A stretch of DNA of 64,000 nucleotides from the human T2T-CHM13v2.0 reference genome, Homo sapiens, in assembly GCF_009914755.1 (NCBI RefSeq), contig NC_060925.1; one strand, written 5' to 3'. How positions within the stretch are numbered: position 1 is the first letter of the stretch; every line of letters begins with the position of its first letter. The translations under genes and the position numbers were made by a program. This document shows, piece by piece, positions 60,413-64,000 of this stretch. The notes under the pieces are model-generated. The model was not told the origin of the DNA. It did not search any database and worked only from the letters and a program-made list of their open reading frames with translations.

Positions 60413-62053
60413 GGTACCATTATTAATGTATCAGTGCCATTATTGACCATCATTATTATAACTAGATACCTACCTTAGTACAGAGACCCACTGCTCATCT
60501 TGGATGCAGTATAGTTAACTGGATCCTAGTCTTGTTTCCCTGTGGCTGAGATCTTGTCTTGATAAACTTCTTACTTCCCAAATAAGTTCAGGTCTTTACC
60601 TTGTTTTTACTTTTTCTCTCTCTGATACCATTTGTTGTTATATGCTGGATCTCCAGTCAAGTATCCAATGTCCTGCCAACTGCCATAGACATGACTGGTT
60701 TGACTTCACAAATTCTCTCTTCCCCTGGGTCCCCCCCATTTCTTTGAACTGGATCCCATAGGTACACCCTGTTAAGCCAACTGAATCTTTCTCATGCCAA
60801 TAATTCCATAGGAGTGCCACCTGTTACTTACTGCCATTGTCTTTGACAAGACTTCCTTCTAGCTCCTATAGCTGGATCTGTTCCCCCAAGCGTCTGCTGC
60901 ACTTTACTTCCGATTACAAAATCTGACCCATTTGAAATGATTTCATTGCACTTAAAAAGAACCTGCTTTTCCATTTTTAAAATAGATGGCATACAAAATA
61001 GAATTTGATATTTAAGTTTGGATGCTTACATATTAATTTAGCTCATGGATAAAGATTAAATTTCTCAAGATCTTTCTTAAAAAATATTTCATTACTTAGT
61101 TTTAGACTTTCTATTCATCTGAAATATATATTTGACATTTTTCATCTTATAAAATAATATTAACTTTTAGCTATAGAATATTTTAATTTAGAAGTCAATT
61201 CTTTAGCTCATTTGATCTTTATAACTACTCTTTAAAAATTTTGGTAGAGCAATTGGGACCAAAATTCAGCAAGTTTCTGCAACTTGTTTCAAAATATAGA
61301 GTAGGAGCCAGAATTTGAAAGTAGGAATTAAAGTCTCTTGAATTTAGGGCAGGTTCTTTTTCACTGAAATCAGATTTTCTACCTGGTGCTAAATGGCAAT
61401 GGACATGGAAATAAATATAAAAATTTTATTCTTTGTCATTCGGTCAAAAAAAGTAAAAAGACATTTTATGTTCATTTATGAGTTTCCCATATGTGACCCT
61501 CAGATAGGCAGTGGAGGGCTAGGGCTTCACTCTTGCAATTGGGTCTTAATTAAATCAGCCAGGTGTTTTTTTTTCCTCAGAAGAAGACCCACCTTTTTAG
61601 GGTCTCATGCCTTGGCAAAAATGATGATGGCTATTCTTCTGACTCATAAGAGGTCATTTCCCTTCAGACAATTTGCTAATTAAAACTGTTTATTAATGAA
61701 GCCAAATAGCAATGAAGTTGTAGTGTACACCTCCTGAGCAAGACATTGAATGAGAATTCTCTTTGTGCCTAATATGGTTGTTCTTAGCACCTGTGAGGAA
61801 GTCACAATGATATGACACTTAGTTTTCTAAGCAATTCCTGTCATCACCAGGCCACTGTGATTGGATGCAGCACGAGTCAGAAGGTGTCAGAAGGAGAGAA
61901 AGTTAGAAAGATGTAAGTGTTTTGTCATATTATTGTAACAATAGGATCATCTGAGAAGTGTATATGATAGATCACACATTCTGAAAATTGAGAGTGTAGC
62001 CATTAAAAGTCACACACAGAAAATTAGATTTGGCCAAATGATCTGAAGAAAGG

Positions 62054-62421
62054 TGTCTTGGTTCAGGCTGCTATAACAGAGTATCTTTGACTAGGTGCCT
62101 TAAGCAATACACATTTGTTGCTTACAGTTTTAGGCTAGGAAGTTCAAGCTCAAGGCACCAGCAGATCCAGTGTCTAGTCAAGGGCCTCTTCCTGGTTTGC
62201 AGGCAGCTGTCTTCTTAGGGTATCGTCATATGGCAGGCAGAGAGAGCAATGAAGCGAGAGAGAAAGATTTCATAATTTCTTTATAAGGGCACTAATGCCA
62301 TTCATTAGGGCTCTACCTTTATGGCCTAATTATCATCCAAAAGCCGCATCTCCTAATACCATCACATTAGAGTTGAGATTTCAACATGTGAATCTGGGGA
62401 GGACACATTCAGTTTACGGCA
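62054..62421 (-). mobile_element. MLT1A/MST-type MaLR solo LTR
   Basis: 'tgtcttggttcaggctgctataacag...ggaagttcaagctcaaggcaccagcagat...ctcctaataccatcacattag'; TSD aaagg/caagg. Confidence 0.88.
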
Positions 62422-62522
62422 CAAGGGTATATAAGAAGAATATTATATATACCTCCCTAAGGAGTTTGCTAGCTAGAACATTTTCCGAGTAACCTTTTAA
62501 GCACTGAATCCTATGCTGTGGC

Positions 62523-63028
62523 TGTGTCTGGAGTTGGTTTCTTCTGGTGGATTCATGGTCTTGCTGACTTCAAGAATGAAGCGGTGGACCTTCACAGTGT
62601 TAAAGCTCTTAAGGATGGTACAGACCCAAAGAGTGAGCTTGCAGCAAGATTTATTGTGAAGAGCAAAAGAACAAAGCTTCCACAGCATGAAAGGGAACCT
62701 GAGCAGGTGGTCACTGCTGGCTCTGGTGGCCAGCTTTTATTCTCTTATTTATCCCCTCCCATGTTCCATTTCTGTCCTATCAGAGTGCCCTTTTTTCAAT
62801 CCTCCTGGCAACTGGTTACTTTTAGAATCCTGCTGATTGGTCCATTTTACAGAGCACTGATTGGTCCATTTTACAGACTGCTGATTGGTGCATTTTATAA
62901 ACCTCTTGGAGCTACATTTTATAAACCTCTTGGCGCACTGATTGGTACATTTTACAATCCCCTTGTAAGACAGAAAAGTTCTCCAAGTCCCCACTCCACC
63001 CAGGAAGTCCAGCTGGCTTCACCTTTTG
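62523..63028 (-). mobile_element. LTR12-family (LTR12F-like, ERV9) solo LTR
   Basis: Reverse complement begins '..aggtgaagccagctggacttcctggg..gtggggacttggagaacttttctgtc'; four ctgattgg (CCAAT) repeats at 62833-62945; AATAAAA TATA-like box at 62735-62741. Confidence 0.92.
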
Positions 63029-63179
63029 TAACTACTTAGGACACATTCAACAGAAATCAAAGTAGTAGCACTGACTTTCAATTTATATTATGAAAACATA
63101 TATCAAAATTATATAATTATAGAAGAGGAAATACATCAACAACATAGTACGTATTGAATGCATACATGTTGAAAGAAAT

Positions 63180-63440
63180 ATTTAAAGTTGAGAAATGATC
63201 AAAATTGAATAGAAGGTAATCAGGGAAGCTTTCTAGAGAAACATGTTTCAAATTGGGCCTGAAAATATTAGTAGAGGGCAAAGGAGAGTGATTTCCAGTT
63301 GGGGTGAATTGAATCAGGAAAAATATACACAGTTTAAATATGACAAATAGTGAAGAAATAAGTTTGGTTCCTGTAGAAGGACTGGATTGATCAAAAAATG
63401 AGAAATAATATTGGCATATAATGATGGCATTTTAAAATGT
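63180..63440 (-). mobile_element. L2 fragment
   Basis: 'aatcagggaagctttctagagaaacatgtttcaaattgggcctgaaaat'. Confidence 0.55.
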
Positions 63441-63479
63441 AAGAATGATGTGTATGTAAACTAAAAATCCTACCATATC

Positions 63480-63738
63480 AAAATCAATCTTATAGCACTG
63501 TTTGGATCACATTACTCTCCTGCCCAAAGCCTTCATTAATTCTCATTATTCATTAGGCAGAAGAGTGACATCATCAGAGTGAGATCCATAGGCAGACATC
63601 TGGCTGCATCCTGTATTTCCAGTTTACTTCCTCACTACTAGGCCCCTGCACCTCCTCCCACACATGCTCTTTCTTATCATTTGCTCCAGCCAAATCAACA
63701 GCTTGTCGTTCTTTAAAATTGTCTTATACATGCATCAA
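63480..63738 (+). mobile_element. L2 fragment
   Basis: 'ggatcacattactctcctgcccaaagccttca...gctccagccaaatc'. Confidence 0.55.
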
Positions 63739-63744
63739 CCTATT

Positions 63745-64000
63745 TTCTTTTTAAAGCACCATTTAGAAATAATTCACACTGCACAAAATTTATTCATCCA
63801 AAATATACAATGCAATAATAAATAATATTAGCATATTAAGACAGTTGTGAAACCATCACCATAATCTGTTTAGAATATTTTTATCACCCCAAAAATAAAC
63901 TCCTATGCAATAGCAGTTACTCCCCATTCTACCCCTCTCTATTTCTTCCTTAGAAAACCACTAATGTACTTTCAATTCCTATAGATTTGCCTACTCTGAA
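63745..64000 (-). mobile_element. L1MB-type 3' end (runs off the window)
   Basis: 'cagttgtgaaaccatcaccataatctgtttagaatatttttatcacccc...ccactaatgtactttc..ctatagatttgcct'. Confidence 0.85.

Noticed and set aside
62518-63039. 173-aa ORF with repeated LIGxFY motifs
   Set aside because: It is an antisense read-through of the LTR12 (non-ATG start); the peptide repeats simply translate the CCAAT-box repeats.

Overview
AT-rich primate genomic DNA (hominoid, most likely human, judged from AluY, L1PA3 and LTR12 elements), roughly two thirds interspersed repeat. About half of the window is LINE-1, almost all on the + strand: an old L1MA (1-7415) split by a MER9 solo LTR, a near full-length L1PA7-like copy (27546-33346), a truncated L1PA16-like copy, a young 5'-truncated L1PA3-like copy, and an ~11-kb stack of old L1M pieces (47510-58830). 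There are also about eight Alus, many L2/MIR relics, hAT MITEs (MER58A, MER33), MaLR LTRs and a minus-strand LTR12 solo LTR. I found no recognisable host protein-coding exon, tRNA/rRNA or CRISPR array. Nearly all ORFs in the supplied track are L1 ORF1/ORF2 remnants, Alu or LTR read-throughs, or chance ORFs. I see no convincing previously undescribed biological system. The best leads are a dense motif cluster with a strong-Kozak small ORF at ~8.3-8.6 kb, a possible minus-strand transcript driven from the LTR12, and several fine-scale insertion and repair signatures. Repeat subfamily names come from recalled consensus sequences rather than a RepeatMasker run, and boundaries of old elements are approximate.
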